NCBI GenBank assembly: GCA_040905475.1 | Contig: JBBDRM010000096.1 | Span: 4,318-68,317 of the forward strand | DNA from: Actinomycetota bacterium | Lineage (GTDB): Bacteria > Actinomycetota > AC-67 | Reading direction: 5' to 3' | Length of the DNA stretch: 64,000 bases | Part shown: positions 17,600-26,877 of the stretch, piece by piece | How positions within the stretch are numbered: position 1 is the first letter of the stretch | Layout of the letters: each line of letters starts with the position of its first letter | Notes under the pieces: model-generated | What the model was told of the DNA's origin: nothing | Seen by the model: only the letters and a program-made list of their open reading frames with translations | The model's database searches: none | Translations under genes and position numbers: made by a program

Positions 17600-18019
17600 A
17601 TGCGCGCCCGAGTGATCGGAGTCATAGGAACGGTGCTGGCCCTCGTTGTCGGGGTCGTGCTTTGGCTGAACGGCGGCACCTCGGAGAAGACGTCGTCGGC
17701 ACTCGCGCCGAAGACCGTGAAGGTGGGAGCCATCGATGTCCGGATCGAGCCGCACCACATCGACGCGACGGGCGCGCTCGTGAAGGTCACGCTCGACACC
17801 CACACCACCGACCTCGACATGCCGCTCTCGGGAACCCTCGACGTGGATGGCGTCACATGGCAGGGCGGGAACTGGACCGGCGATCCACCCTCCGGTCACC
17901 ACCGTGCCGGTGAGTTCCGCTTCCGGGCGGCGGGAAGTCCCACCGGAGCTGCAACGTTCACACTTGGCGGTTTCGACGATCCCGTCTCGGCGCAGTGGAG
18001 CCTGCGCGATGGCAAGTGA
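17600..18019 (+). CDS. membrane-anchored extracytoplasmic protein, His-containing beta-rich domain (function unknown)
   Basis: MRARVIGVIGTVLALVVGVVLWL anchor. GGAGGAGG RBS. Sits in the copper operon. Confidence 0.6.
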   Translation: MRARVIGVIGTVLALVVGVVLWLNGGTSEKTSSALAPKTVKVGAIDVRIEPHHIDATGALVKVTLDTHTTDLDMPLSGTLDVDGVTWQGGNWTGDPPSGHHRAGEFRFRAAGSPTGAATFTLGGFDDPVSAQWSLRDGK

Positions 18020-18024
18020 ATGGG

Positions 18025-18279
18025 ATGACGAACATGGAACGCACGCAGAAGCTGCGCATCTTCGGTATCGGCGCGGGTGTCGTCGCGACAGCGCTGTGGG
18101 CATTCGGGGTGCCGCTTGCAACGATCCTTCTCGTCGGCGTTTGGCTGCTCTGTCCGCTGATGATGATGGGCATGCACGGCGGTCACGGACACGGCTCACA
18201 CGAGGCTCACCGCCCTGGGGACACCCTCGAGAAGCACGAGGCCTCAACCCACACCGGAGGCAACGGCCGCCATGGATGA
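18025..18279 (+). CDS. DUF2933-like small membrane protein with a His-rich tail
   Basis: Two TM helices then CPLMMMGMHGGHGHGSHEAH. Confidence 0.6.
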   Translation: MTNMERTQKLRIFGIGAGVVATALWAFGVPLATILLVGVWLLCPLMMMGMHGGHGHGSHEAHRPGDTLEKHEASTHTGGNGRHG

Positions 18280-18322
18280 GCGGCCTGCTCCTTAGCGAGG
18301 ACACCGCAGATGCCGCGCGGCG

Positions 18323-18568
18323 ATGTTGACCGCGATCGCCGCCTCGGCGCTGCTTTTCGGATGGTTGCTGGCTTTCGGCTGGTCGCGGGGCGACGCTCTG
18401 TCGGCCGCATCGGGCGCGCTGGTTTTTGCGTGTATCGGCGTCTGCGTGTGGGCGTGGATCTCCACAGAACGCGCCTGGCGCCGAGTCCCCCCTTATGGAC
18501 CGCCGCCGGGCGCGGCGGACGCTCGCGGTCATAGGCTGGGACGAGCGCGCAAGGGAGCTGGCGGATGA
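18323..18568 (+). CDS. hypothetical small membrane protein
   Basis: Two TM helices. The stop overlaps the CopA ATG (ATGA), supporting translation. Confidence 0.5.
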   Translation: MLTAIAASALLFGWLLAFGWSRGDALSAASGALVFACIGVCVWAWISTERAWRRVPPYGPPPGAADARGHRLGRARKGAGG

Positions 18569-21516
18569 CGGGTGCCGAGATCCTGGTCACGGCCGGTGGG
18601 ATCGCTCTCATCGGCGGGCTCGCCTGGTTCTTCTTCGGACCAAAGCAGGCGCGCCGCGCCGAGGTCCGCGGCGGCGTCCAGGAGATCGGCGTTCTGGTCA
18701 AGGGCGGGTACTCGCCGAGCTTGATCCGGGTCCGCCAGGGCGTGCCGCTGCGGCTGGTCTTCGATCGGCAGGACAACAGCGACTGCACCTCGCGCGTGGT
18801 CTTCCCCGACTTTGCCGTGAGCAAGTCGCTCGGCGCCTTCGCCAAGACCGCCGTCGAGCTGATGCCCGCGCGCAGCGGGGAGTTCGGTTTCGCATGTGGC
18901 ATGAACATGCTTCACGGCACGCTCATCGTCGAGCCCGACAGCGATGGGTCCGCGGCTTCGGCTCAAGCTCCGTCCGAGGAAATGCATGCGCATGAGATCG
19001 CGCGCGCCGTGGGTGTCGGGCCAACCCAACCGGTTGGGCAGGCGCAGCGCGTCGAGTTCTCGCTGCGCGCCGACGGGGTCGCCTGCCCGACGTGCGTGAC
19101 CAACATCGAACGCGCGCTCGACCACCTGCCGGGCGTCGACCGAGTCCAGGCGAGCCATGGCGCCGAGCGGGTGACCGTCGACTTCGATCCCTCTCAGCTC
19201 GGCGTCGAGCAGATGCGCGACGCGATCGGCTCCGCCGGTTACCGGGTCGAGGAGCGCCACGACCCGGGATCCGCCGAGACCGAAGACGCCGAAGCTTTGG
19301 CGCGCCGCACCGAGATCGCCGACCTGAGCCGGCGCGTCGTTTTCGGCGCGATCCTCACCGCACCGGTGCTCGCGGCAGTGATGGCCGTCGAGTTCTTCGA
19401 TGTGACCTGGGTACCGGAGTGGCTGATGAACCGGTGGGCGCAGCTCGCGTTCATCGCGCCGGTCATGGCCTACACAGGCTGGCCGATCCATCGCACCGGC
19501 TGGCTCACGTTGCGCAACCGCACCGCCGACATGAACTCGCTCATCACCCTCGGCACCAGCGCCGCCTTCCTCTACAGCTTGTTCGTCACGCTCTTTCCCG
19601 GCGCCGTCCCCGAGAAGCTCCGTGAGGTCTACTACGAGGCGGTCGGCGTGATCCTCACGCTCATCCTTCTCGGCCGGCTTCTGGAGGCGCGCGCGAAGGC
19701 CGGCACCGGCGAGGCGATCCGAAAGCTCATCGGCATGCAAGCCAAGACCGCGCGCGTGCTACGCGGCGGCGAGGAGTTCGAGATCCCCATCGAGGACGTT
19801 CAGGTCGGCGACACGATCGCCGTGAAACCGGGCGAGAAGATCCCCGTCGACGGCGAGGTGACCGAAGGACGATCGGCGGTCGATGAGTCGATGGTCACCG
19901 GCGAGCCCATCCCCGTCTCCAAGGAAGCCGGCGACACCGTCATCGGAGCGACGATCAACCAGACCGGCGCGTTCCGGTTCCAGGCGACCAAGGTCGGGCG
20001 CGACACGATGCTCGCGCAGATCATCCGTCTCGTCGAGCAGGCGCAAGCCTCCAAGGCTCCGATCCAGCGCCTCGCCGACCTCGTCTCGAGCTACTTCGTC
20101 CCGGCGGCAGTGTTCATCGCGATCGGCGCGTTCATCATCTGGTTCAACTTCGGCCCCGATCCGGCGCTCACGTTCGCGCTCGTCAGCGCCGTTTCGGTTT
20201 TGATCATCGCCTGCCCATGCGCGCTCGGACTCGCGACGCCACTTTCGATCATGGTCGGCACCGGCAAGGGCGCAGAGAACGGCGTGCTCATCCGATCGGC
20301 TGAGGCGCTGGAAACCGCACATAAGCTCGACACGATCATCCTCGACAAGACCGGCACCATCACAAAGGGCGCGCCCGCGCTCACCGACGTCGTCGTATCA
20401 GACGGGACAGACGAGGGAGAGCTCGTGCGCCTTGTCGCATCCGCCGAGCGCTCCTCGGAGCATCCACTCGCCGCCGCCATCGTCGCCGGCGCCCAAGCGC
20501 GCGGGATCTCGCTCACCGATCCGACCGAGTTCGACTCGGTTACCGGCAAAGGCGTCCGCGCGACCATCGAGGGTCACAGCGTGCTCGTCGGACGCAAGCA
20601 GCTGCTCACCGAAGCGGACGTCGACCCCTCGGCGCTCGAAGACGTCGTCGGCCGGCTCGCCGCCGAGGGTAAGACCGCTATCTACGCAGCGATCGACGGG
20701 CGCCCGGCCGGAGTCGTCGCCGTCGCCGACACGCTCAAAGAGGACTCGCCTGCCGCCGTGCGCGCGCTGCGCGACCTCGGTCTTGAGGTCGTGATGATCA
20801 CCGGCGACAACGCCCGCACGGCCGAAGCCGTCGCGCGCCAGGTCGGTATCGAGCGCGTGCTCGCCGAAGTGCTGCCGCAAGACAAGGCGCTGGAAGTTCG
20901 GCGGCTGCAAGACGAGGGCAAGCTCGTCGCGATGGTCGGCGACGGCATCAACGACGCACCCGCGCTCGCGCAAGCCGATGTCGGCATAGCTATCGGCACC
21001 GGCACGGACGTGGCCATCGAAGCGGCCGACGTGACGCTGATCTCCGGCGAGCTGCGCGGCATCGTGTCGTCACTCGCGCTTAGCCGGGCGACCATGCGCA
21101 ACATCAAGCAGAATCTCTTCTTCGCCTTCATTTACAACTCGATCGGCATCCCGATCGCCGCCGGGATCCTGTATCCGGTGATGGGACTCGTATTGAGCCC
21201 GATGATCGCCGCCGGCGCGATGGCGGCGAGCTCGCTGTCAGTCGTGACGAACTCGAACCGGCTCCGCCGCTTCCGCGCGCCCGACCTGAAGGAAAGCGTG
21301 CGCCCCATCACCGGAACGGTGCACGTCGAGATCGGCCAAAGAGAACCGACCACCAGGGAGGAGACCATGGCCACCGTCCACGACCCCGTCTGCGGCATGG
21401 ACATCGACCCGGCCGACGCCGCCGGTACCGAAGAATACGAAGGCAAGACCTACCACTTCTGCTCGAAGTCCTGCCAGGAGAAGTTCAAAGCCGAGCCGGA
21501 GAAGTATGTGGCGTGA
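18565..21516 (+). CDS. copA: copper-translocating P1B-type ATPase with an N-terminal TM plus cupredoxin-like domain, one HMA domain and a C-terminal YHS/TRASH domain
   Basis: [46 protein letters not shown]-terminus [14 protein letters not shown]...[11 protein letters not shown]-terminus [35 protein letters not shown]. Confidence 0.95.
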   Translation: MTGAEILVTAGGIALIGGLAWFFFGPKQARRAEVRGGVQEIGVLVKGGYSPSLIRVRQGVPLRLVFDRQDNSDCTSRVVFPDFAVSKSLGAFAKTAVELMPARSGEFGFACGMNMLHGTLIVEPDSDGSAASAQAPSEEMHAHEIARAVGVGPTQPVGQAQRVEFSLRADGVACPTCVTNIERALDHLPGVDRVQASHGAERVTVDFDPSQLGVEQMRDAIGSAGYRVEERHDPGSAETEDAEALARRTEIADLSRRVVFGAILTAPVLAAVMAVEFFDVTWVPEWLMNRWAQLAFIAPVMAYTGWPIHRTGWLTLRNRTADMNSLITLGTSAAFLYSLFVTLFPGAVPEKLREVYYEAVGVILTLILLGRLLEARAKAGTGEAIRKLIGMQAKTARVLRGGEEFEIPIEDVQVGDTIAVKPGEKIPVDGEVTEGRSAVDESMVTGEPIPVSKEAGDTVIGATINQTGAFRFQATKVGRDTMLAQIIRLVEQAQASKAPIQRLADLVSSYFVPAAVFIAIGAFIIWFNFGPDPALTFALVSAVSVLIIACPCALGLATPLSIMVGTGKGAENGVLIRSAEALETAHKLDTIILDKTGTITKGAPALTDVVVSDGTDEGELVRLVASAERSSEHPLAAAIVAGAQARGISLTDPTEFDSVTGKGVRATIEGHSVLVGRKQLLTEADVDPSALEDVVGRLAAEGKTAIYAAIDGRPAGVVAVADTLKEDSPAAVRALRDLGLEVVMITGDNARTAEAVARQVGIERVLAEVLPQDKALEVRRLQDEGKLVAMVGDGINDAPALAQADVGIAIGTGTDVAIEAADVTLISGELRGIVSSLALSRATMRNIKQNLFFAFIYNSIGIPIAAGILYPVMGLVLSPMIAAGAMAASSLSVVTNSNRLRRFRAPDLKESVRPITGTVHVEIGQREPTTREETMATVHDPVCGMDIDPADAAGTEEYEGKTYHFCSKSCQEKFKAEPEKYVA

Positions 21517-21572
21517 ACAGGCAGCATTGCTTCCTCGCTCGCACGTGATGACCTCGAATCCGATCGTGATCG

Positions 21573-22479
21573 TCAAGGCTCGATCCGTGGTCGTCGCAGC
21601 AGGGTGTCGGCCGGACTGTGCCGCTCATGTTGCCGGCGAACGCCTGCGGCTGCGAGCTCGACGTAGCGTCGAACCATCGCGAGCGAACGATGGCCGAGGA
21701 GCTTCTGGAGCGTGAAGACATCCCCGCCGCTGAGGATGAACCGCTTGGCGCCGGTGTGCCGCAGGGTGTGCGGCGATGAGCGTACGCCTTGGATACTGGC
21801 GCGGCGCTCGTAGGTGCGCATCGCGGCGGCGAAGCCTTCGCGCGTCAGCCGTCTTCCGGTTCGAGAGATGGACAGCGGATCGCTCGGCTGCAGATCTACA
21901 ACAGTTCGTAGATACCGCCCGATCGCCTGGGCTGCGACCTGGCCGGGGGGAAGCTGGCGTTGGCGGCTTCCCTTGCCCATCACCAGGATTGATCGCTCGG
22001 CGAGATCGACATCCTCTCGGTTGAGCCCCAGCAGCTCGGAGACACGCGCGAGCGTGTCCAGTAGCAGGATCAGGATCGCCCGGTTGCGGATGCCCGTCCA
22101 TCGCCGTTGATCCACCACGTCGAACAGATTTCGGAGATGCTCGTCGGTGAGGGTGGCGATGATCATCTGCGGCACCTTCGGCAACTCGATGTCCCGCGAG
22201 ATCTCCTCGTCGAGATAGCCATTGCGGTACCCGAACCGCGCCATGCTCTTCGCAACCTGACCGGCGCCGTGAACCGTGTGCGGCGCAACACCCGAGGAGT
22301 GAAGCGCGAGGAGGTAGTCGTCGAGATGCGCCGCCTGCAGATCCGCTGCGAGCGCGACGCCACGCGCGACGCACTAAGTCGAGGAACGCTCCGGAGTGAC
22401 GCTCGTTCCACTCGATCGTTCGCGGAGCGAGATTCTTGGCGTGCGCGCGAGCCAGGTACTCCTCGCGCAGGCAGGCCAT
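21573..22479 (-). pseudogene. tyrosine recombinase/integrase (XerC/D-phage type), frameshifted near 22370-22380
   Basis: Catalytic domain in the 21573-22244 frame (ARVSELLGL, HTLRHTGA, LLGHRSLAMVRRY). The N-terminal SAM-like domain (MACLREEYLARAHAKNLAPRTIEWNERHSGAFLD) is in another frame. An in-frame TAG blocks extension. Confidence 0.75.
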
Positions 22480-22694
22480 CGATGGTCGTCTCACGGAGCC
22501 CGCTGGCGTTGCCGGAGGGGTGCGCCATGGCTGTCTCCTCTCTCGCGGATGAAGCGGAGAGTGGACGGCAAGGGGCGACCTTCGGGTAACGCGTGGTGCC
22601 AGAGCCGTTCGAGTCGCGGCAAAGCTGCAGGTCATCGGCCGTGCGTCAGCGCGGGTCCGGTTAGAAAGACCGGTGGGGGTTTCGAACGACGTTT

Positions 22695-22805
22695 GCGCAG
22701 GTCAGCGACTTTGGCACCTGAAAAACCGGTGTCACTTGTCTGGCTGGTTCCGCGACCAGCGCACCACCCCTGCGGCTGCTGAAAGCACCAAACGCGCAGG
22801 TCAGA
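22695..22805 (+). repeat. 11-bp direct repeat GCGCAGGTCAG, two copies exactly 100 bp apart (22695-22705, 22795-22805)
   Basis: Read directly. The second copy abuts the tRNA-like remnant. Possible integrase arm or core sites. Confidence 0.35.
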
Positions 22806-22810
22806 CTGGG

Positions 22811-22868
22811 GAGGCGGAGAGAATCGAACTCACCAAGTGGCTCAACGCCACTTCTACGGTTTTGAAGG
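22811..22868 (-). other. tRNA-Sec/Ser-like 3' half remnant (anticodon-loop-like CUUCAAA to acceptor 3' strand); candidate att site
   Basis: Reverse strand: CTTCAAAACCGTAG-AAGTGGC/GTTGA/GCCACTT-GGTGAG/TTCGATT/CTCTCC-GCCTCC. It shares CTTCAAAACCG, GTTCGATTC and TCCGCCTCC with the 1591-1657 element. No complementary 5' acceptor strand was found within 150 nt. Confidence 0.45.
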
Positions 22869-23102
22869 GCCCGGCTTTCGGTTCTTCCGTGTCTGACGCG
22901 ACGGCCTGAGTCGCGTTTCTGCACGTCCGTCTAGGGGCTCCATCCGAAGCGGTCTGGCCGGTTGGCGCTCATCCGGGGGAGTCGTCTCGAGATTGGCGGC
23001 AGAATTGGCGACACTGTGCTCCGTTCTGCTGGCTTCCGTGCCGCAACATGACCCGACACGAACCCGGCCGTTCGGACGCCTGGGAAGCCGCCAAGCGGCG
23101 AC

Positions 23103-24251
23103 TCAGTACCACCGCCGGAGCCAGTACTTTTCGAACGCGACCTTTGCGATGTGCCAGCGGCGGCCGGGGCTGTGCAAGCGGACGTCGGGCGCCTCCTCCG
23201 CGTAGAAGTTCCCGGTGGCGTAGGCGGCGATTCCGTCTCCCATCTCCACGAAGCACGAACCCATTCCAACGAACGACGCGGTCGGGGTGCGTCCAGCAAG
23301 CTCGTCGGCGATCCGCTCCGCGACGACCTTGGCCTGGCCGTGGGCGAACACGCCGGCCTTCGGAAGGAACTTCCCGCCGGCGATCGGGATGGCCGTCGCG
23401 TCGCCGATCGCGTAGGCGCCTTCGGCCGCGGTTGCGAGCGTCGCGCGGTCGACCGGAACGAACCCGTTGGCCGTCAGGCCGCTGCGCGCCAGTAGCTCGG
23501 GCGCGCGGTGTGGCGGGATCCCGAGCAGGAGATCGAAGCCGGCGCGCTCGCCGCCGGCGAGGACGAGCTCCCGGCCCGCGGCGTCGATGCCTTCCACGGT
23601 CGCTTCGGGATGGAAGCCGATCCCTCGGCCTGCCAGCATGGCCTCGAGTGCTTCACCGATCTCAGGGCCGGCCGTCGGCATCGGGAACGGCTCGGGGGTG
23701 AAGACGTCGATGCTCACCCGGTCACGGATGCCGCGGCGGCGGATGATCGACTCGGCGAGCATCGCGGCCTCGTACGGGGCGGCCGGGCACTTGTAGGGGA
23801 GCCGGGAGACGACCACCGCGATCCGCTCGCCTGCGAACTCGCGGAGCGCGCGTCCGGCCGCCTCGGCGCCCTCGACCGTGTAGAGGTTGTGCGCCGCATC
23901 GACGAATCCGGGGAGGGCCTCTGGCGCGAGCTCGGCGCCCGGCGCCACGACCACACGGTCGTAGGGGATCGCGGGACCAATCGTTTTGACGGTGCGGGCG
24001 TGCGTGTCGATCTCTAGGGCCTCGGTCTCGATCACGTCGATGCCGGCGCGCCGGAGCCGCCCGAGATCGGCCGTGATCTGGTCACGGCGGCGCGCGCCGC
24101 TCATCAGCCAGAGGAGCGAGGGCTGGAACCGGTAGCTCAGGCTGCGGTCCACGAGGGCGATCCGGCCGTCGCGAAGCCGTCTCCTGAGGAGCCGAGCTGC
24201 GACCACTCCGCCGATCCCGCCCCCGAGCACCACGACGCTCTTCTCCGCCAT
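23103..24251 (-). CDS. FAD-dependent sulfide:quinone oxidoreductase-like flavoprotein
   Basis: VVVLGGGIGGV dinucleotide fold, LPYKCPAAPYEAA, AIGDA. GAGGAGG RBS before MAEKS. Confidence 0.8.
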   Translation of the reverse strand: MAEKSVVVLGGGIGGVVAARLLRRRLRDGRIALVDRSLSYRFQPSLLWLMSGARRRDQITADLGRLRRAGIDVIETEALEIDTHARTVKTIGPAIPYDRVVVAPGAELAPEALPGFVDAAHNLYTVEGAEAAGRALREFAGERIAVVVSRLPYKCPAAPYEAAMLAESIIRRRGIRDRVSIDVFTPEPFPMPTAGPEIGEALEAMLAGRGIGFHPEATVEGIDAAGRELVLAGGERAGFDLLLGIPPHRAPELLARSGLTANGFVPVDRATLATAAEGAYAIGDATAIPIAGGKFLPKAGVFAHGQAKVVAERIADELAGRTPTASFVGMGSCFVEMGDGIAAYATGNFYAEEAPDVRLHSPGRRWHIAKVAFEKYWLRRWY

Positions 24252-24262
24252 CGCAAGCCTCC

Positions 24263-24847
24263 TCACCGTTCCGCTACGGGATCACCGCTCCCTTCCAAAG
24301 GGTTGAGCTTGCTTTCGAGCGCTCGGTTGATCGTGCCGACGAAGGTCTCCCTCGTCGCCGGGAACGGGATCCGCTCGCAACCGCGAACGAGATCCTCGTG
24401 CCTGGCGATGTCGGGCTGCGGGGCCTCGACGCACACGGGCGTTGCGGGAAGGACGGTCCGCAGGGCCCGAAGAACGGCCTGTGTCTTTGGTCGGCCCAGT
24501 CCGAGCCCGAACACGATGACGTCGGCTCGGGCGGCAAGCGGACACATGCCTTCGTCCACGAGTAGGCAACGACGGCGGGGAAACAGCTCCGGCGGACCCT
24601 GCGGGCCGGGACATGTCGCCACCGCGAAGCCTGCACGGCGCAGCAACCTCTCGTCGGCCCATAGTTCCGCGAGATCGGGGTTCTCTACGAGCACGGTCGG
24701 CGGGCTCCGGTGGGACCGCGCGTCCGACTCATCCGCTCGGGGCGCAATCATTCGTTGCCGTTCGGGCGTTCTGTTTCCGTGCGGCTCGCCCATGCCCCCC
24801 TCGCCCATCAGCCCGATGTAAAGGTCGGTCCACCGCATCCCCGCCAC
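24263..24847 (-). CDS. receiver-like protein with Cys triad (family member P1); start uncertain
   Basis: TVLVENPDLAELWADERLLRRAGFAVATCPGP...C...MCPLAARADVIVFGLG aligns with 52981-53643, 53640-54092 and 58128-58577. Confidence 0.55.
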   Translation of the reverse strand: MAGMRWTDLYIGLMGEGGMGEPHGNRTPERQRMIAPRADESDARSHRSPPTVLVENPDLAELWADERLLRRAGFAVATCPGPQGPPELFPRRRCLLVDEGMCPLAARADVIVFGLGLGRPKTQAVLRALRTVLPATPVCVEAPQPDIARHEDLVRGCERIPFPATRETFVGTINRALESKLNPLEGSGDPVAER

Positions 24848-24907
24848 CTCCTCTCGGGAGCGATGCTCTCCTCGACGCCACCATCCGGCGGATGCGCTGC
24901 CGCTCCC

Positions 24908-24923
24908 AGGGCCGAAGGACCCT
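24908..24923. promoter_or_regulatory. DevR/DosR-type palindromic box candidate AGGGCCGAAGGACCCT
   Basis: 61 nt upstream of the P1-SQR operon start. Fits the recurring AGGGnCC-NN-GGnCCCT pattern. Confidence 0.4.
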
Positions 24924-25018
24924 CCGGATAGAGGCCGATAGATGGTGCCGCCACGTGGCCTCGATGCGGAGACTTCGAGCGTCGCGTGTGGTCACGAGCT
25001 GTGAGAGGCGTAATGCAG

Positions 25019-25516
25019 TTATCGCCGTCGGGAGGCCCGAGAGCCGGCGCGATGGGCCCGCCCAGACCGCGCATGTTCCTCGTCTGGTCGGCCGAGTCCT
25101 GGTCGGGCGCGCAGCGCCTCTCGGCGCAGGCCGGCGAAGCTCGTGCGAGCGAGCTTGGCCTCGAGCGCGGCCTGGGCATCGAACCACGCGTCGTGCACCG
25201 CGCAAGTTCCGTCGAGCCGGCAGGGGCCTCCGCGCAGGACGCACTTCTGGCTGCGGACCGGCCCCTCAGAGGCCTCGATCACCTCGAGCAGCGAGATCTC
25301 GCGGGCGGGTCGGGCGAGCGCATAGCCTCCGTCGGGCCCGGCGAGCGACGTCACCAGGCCGGCCTTGATGAGCGCGCCGAGCACCTGGGGGAGGAACTTC
25401 TCGGGCAGATCCATCTCCGAGGCGATCTCGCGGCCCTTCAGCCGACGCCCGGCGCGGGCGAGCGCCAGCACCGATCGCACTGCATAATCGCCCGTCTGGC
25501 CCAGCTCGATCCGCAT
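25019..25516 (-). CDS. Rrf2-family transcriptional regulator (NsrR/IscR-like, three clustered Cys)
   Basis: N-terminal wHTH (GDYAVRSVLALA...) and CVLRGGPCRLDGTCAVH. Divergent from the nirK operon. Confidence 0.85.
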   Translation of the reverse strand: MRIELGQTGDYAVRSVLALARAGRRLKGREIASEMDLPEKFLPQVLGALIKAGLVTSLAGPDGGYALARPAREISLLEVIEASEGPVRSQKCVLRGGPCRLDGTCAVHDAWFDAQAALEAKLARTSFAGLRREALRARPGLGRPDEEHARSGRAHRAGSRASRRR

Positions 25517-25535
25517 GACAACCTTGAGTTTACAG

Positions 25536-25562
25536 CTAAAGGTTCCTATGGTAAATCTTTAG
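25536..25562. promoter_or_regulatory. AT-rich imperfect inverted repeat CTAAAGgttcctatggtaaatCTTTAG, candidate Rrf2 operator/promoter
   Basis: The 62-bp gap 25517-25578 is conspicuously AT-rich in a GC-rich window and contains this repeat. Confidence 0.3.
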
Positions 25563-25578
25563 TTGGTGACTTAGGGTT

Positions 25579-26871
25579 ATGGGCGCAAGAGACGCAGTGG
25601 ACCGGCCGGCCGGACGTCGCGGGGTGACGGGCCTGTATCACCGCTCGGCGCAGGTGTGGGCGGCGGGGGCTCTCCTGGCGATGCTGCTGCCGCCTGGTGT
25701 GCGGCTGGGCTGGTGGCTTCCTCTCCATCTGGCGCTCGCCGGTGCCGTCTCGCAGTCGATCGTGGGTGGTCAGTTCCAGTTTTCCTCTGCGCTGGCGATG
25801 GCTCCTCCCTCGTCCCCGGTGTTCCCATTGGTCCGTCTGGGCGTCATGAACGTAGGTGCTCTTCTCATCGTCCTCGGTCGAGTGATCGGATCCCCGGAGA
25901 CCCTCGTCGTCGGCGCCGCCGCGCTCGGGAGCGCGATCCTGTGGGCGGCCGTCGCCGTGGACGGGATCTGGCGGCGTTCGATCGTGCGACGCTTCCCTGC
26001 CACTCGCGGGTTCTATCTCCTTGCGAGCGTGAGCATGCTTGGGGGTGCCGCGCTCGGCGCAGTCCTGGGCGGCGGGGCGTTCCAGTCCGGTGAGGCCTAC
26101 CTGTCGCACCGGCTGACGCACATGAGCCTGAACCTGTTCGGCTGGGCGGGACTTACCATCCTGGGAACGCTTATCACCTTCCTGCCGACCGTACTCCACG
26201 TCCGCGTACCGGCGGCGCGCGCCGCCGCGGCGACGCCGGCTGTGATCTTCTGCGGCCTCGGGCTGCTCGCGGCCGGCCTGGCTGCCGGCTTTGACGCTCT
26301 GGCGACGGCCGGCGGGTTGGGGTTCGCGGCGGGCCTCGCGCTGTTCGGACGCCAGGTCTTCGGTGTCCTCCGTCAGAGGCGTCCGCGCGCGGTCCCGGTT
26401 GTCGCTCGCCACCTGTTCGCCGGCCTCGGGTGGCTCGCCGTTGTGACGGTCGTGCAGGTGCCGCTGCTCGCGCGCGGCGATGCGGCGGCGCTGCGCGACC
26501 TGTGGGTCGTGGGGATCGGTGGCGGGCTGGTGCTGCAGGCGGTGATCGGATCCTGGGCGTTCCTGCTGCCGATGTCCCGGCCGACCACGCCGGCGCGCAA
26601 GGGTCGCGAGCTGGTGGCCTTCGAGGTCGGCGCCCGCGCGCAGGTCCTCGCCTACAACGCGGGTCTGGCGCTGGTGCTCCTCGCGCTACGCGGGTTCCTC
26701 CCGGGGCAAGCTGGGGCGGCGGGGATCGCGCTGGCCTGGTCGGCGGCGGCTTGGGCGCTCGCAAAGACCGTGGTGTTTCCGATGATGGCGCGCCAGCGTC
26801 GGGTGCACCGCGCCGCCGAGGAGTGGTGGTCACCGCGCGACGCGGGCCAGAGATCCGCAGCAGAGAGGTGA
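25579..26871 (+). CDS. polytopic membrane protein (about 12 TM), function unknown, first gene of the nirK operon
   Basis: 430-aa hydrophobic ORF ending 6 nt before nirK. An NnrS-like role is possible but no diagnostic motif was recognised. Confidence 0.65.
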   Translation: MGARDAVDRPAGRRGVTGLYHRSAQVWAAGALLAMLLPPGVRLGWWLPLHLALAGAVSQSIVGGQFQFSSALAMAPPSSPVFPLVRLGVMNVGALLIVLGRVIGSPETLVVGAAALGSAILWAAVAVDGIWRRSIVRRFPATRGFYLLASVSMLGGAALGAVLGGGAFQSGEAYLSHRLTHMSLNLFGWAGLTILGTLITFLPTVLHVRVPAARAAAATPAVIFCGLGLLAAGLAAGFDALATAGGLGFAAGLALFGRQVFGVLRQRRPRAVPVVARHLFAGLGWLAVVTVVQVPLLARGDAAALRDLWVVGIGGGLVLQAVIGSWAFLLPMSRPTTPARKGRELVAFEVGARAQVLAYNAGLALVLLALRGFLPGQAGAAGIALAWSAAAWALAKTVVFPMMARQRRVHRAAEEWWSPRDAGQRSAAER

Positions 26872-26877
26872 GCAGCG

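Larger units (their letters stand above)
1591..22868. mobile_element. candidate integrated genomic island (copper/redox resistance) bounded by two same-orientation tRNA-like 3' halves, with the integrase at the right end
   Basis: The integrase remnant lies 330 nt from the right tRNA-like half. The cargo is coherent metal-resistance genes. DevR-type boxes, abundant to the right, were not noticed inside. Confidence 0.4.

Noticed and set aside
17489-19740. 347-aa and 403-aa minus-strand ORFs.
   Set aside because: They are antisense to the copper operon and copA, which have unmistakable motifs on the plus strand.
25579-26871. Calling the 12-TM protein NnrS.
   Set aside because: I could not find the characteristic NnrS N-terminal motif by eye. 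It is kept as an unknown membrane protein.
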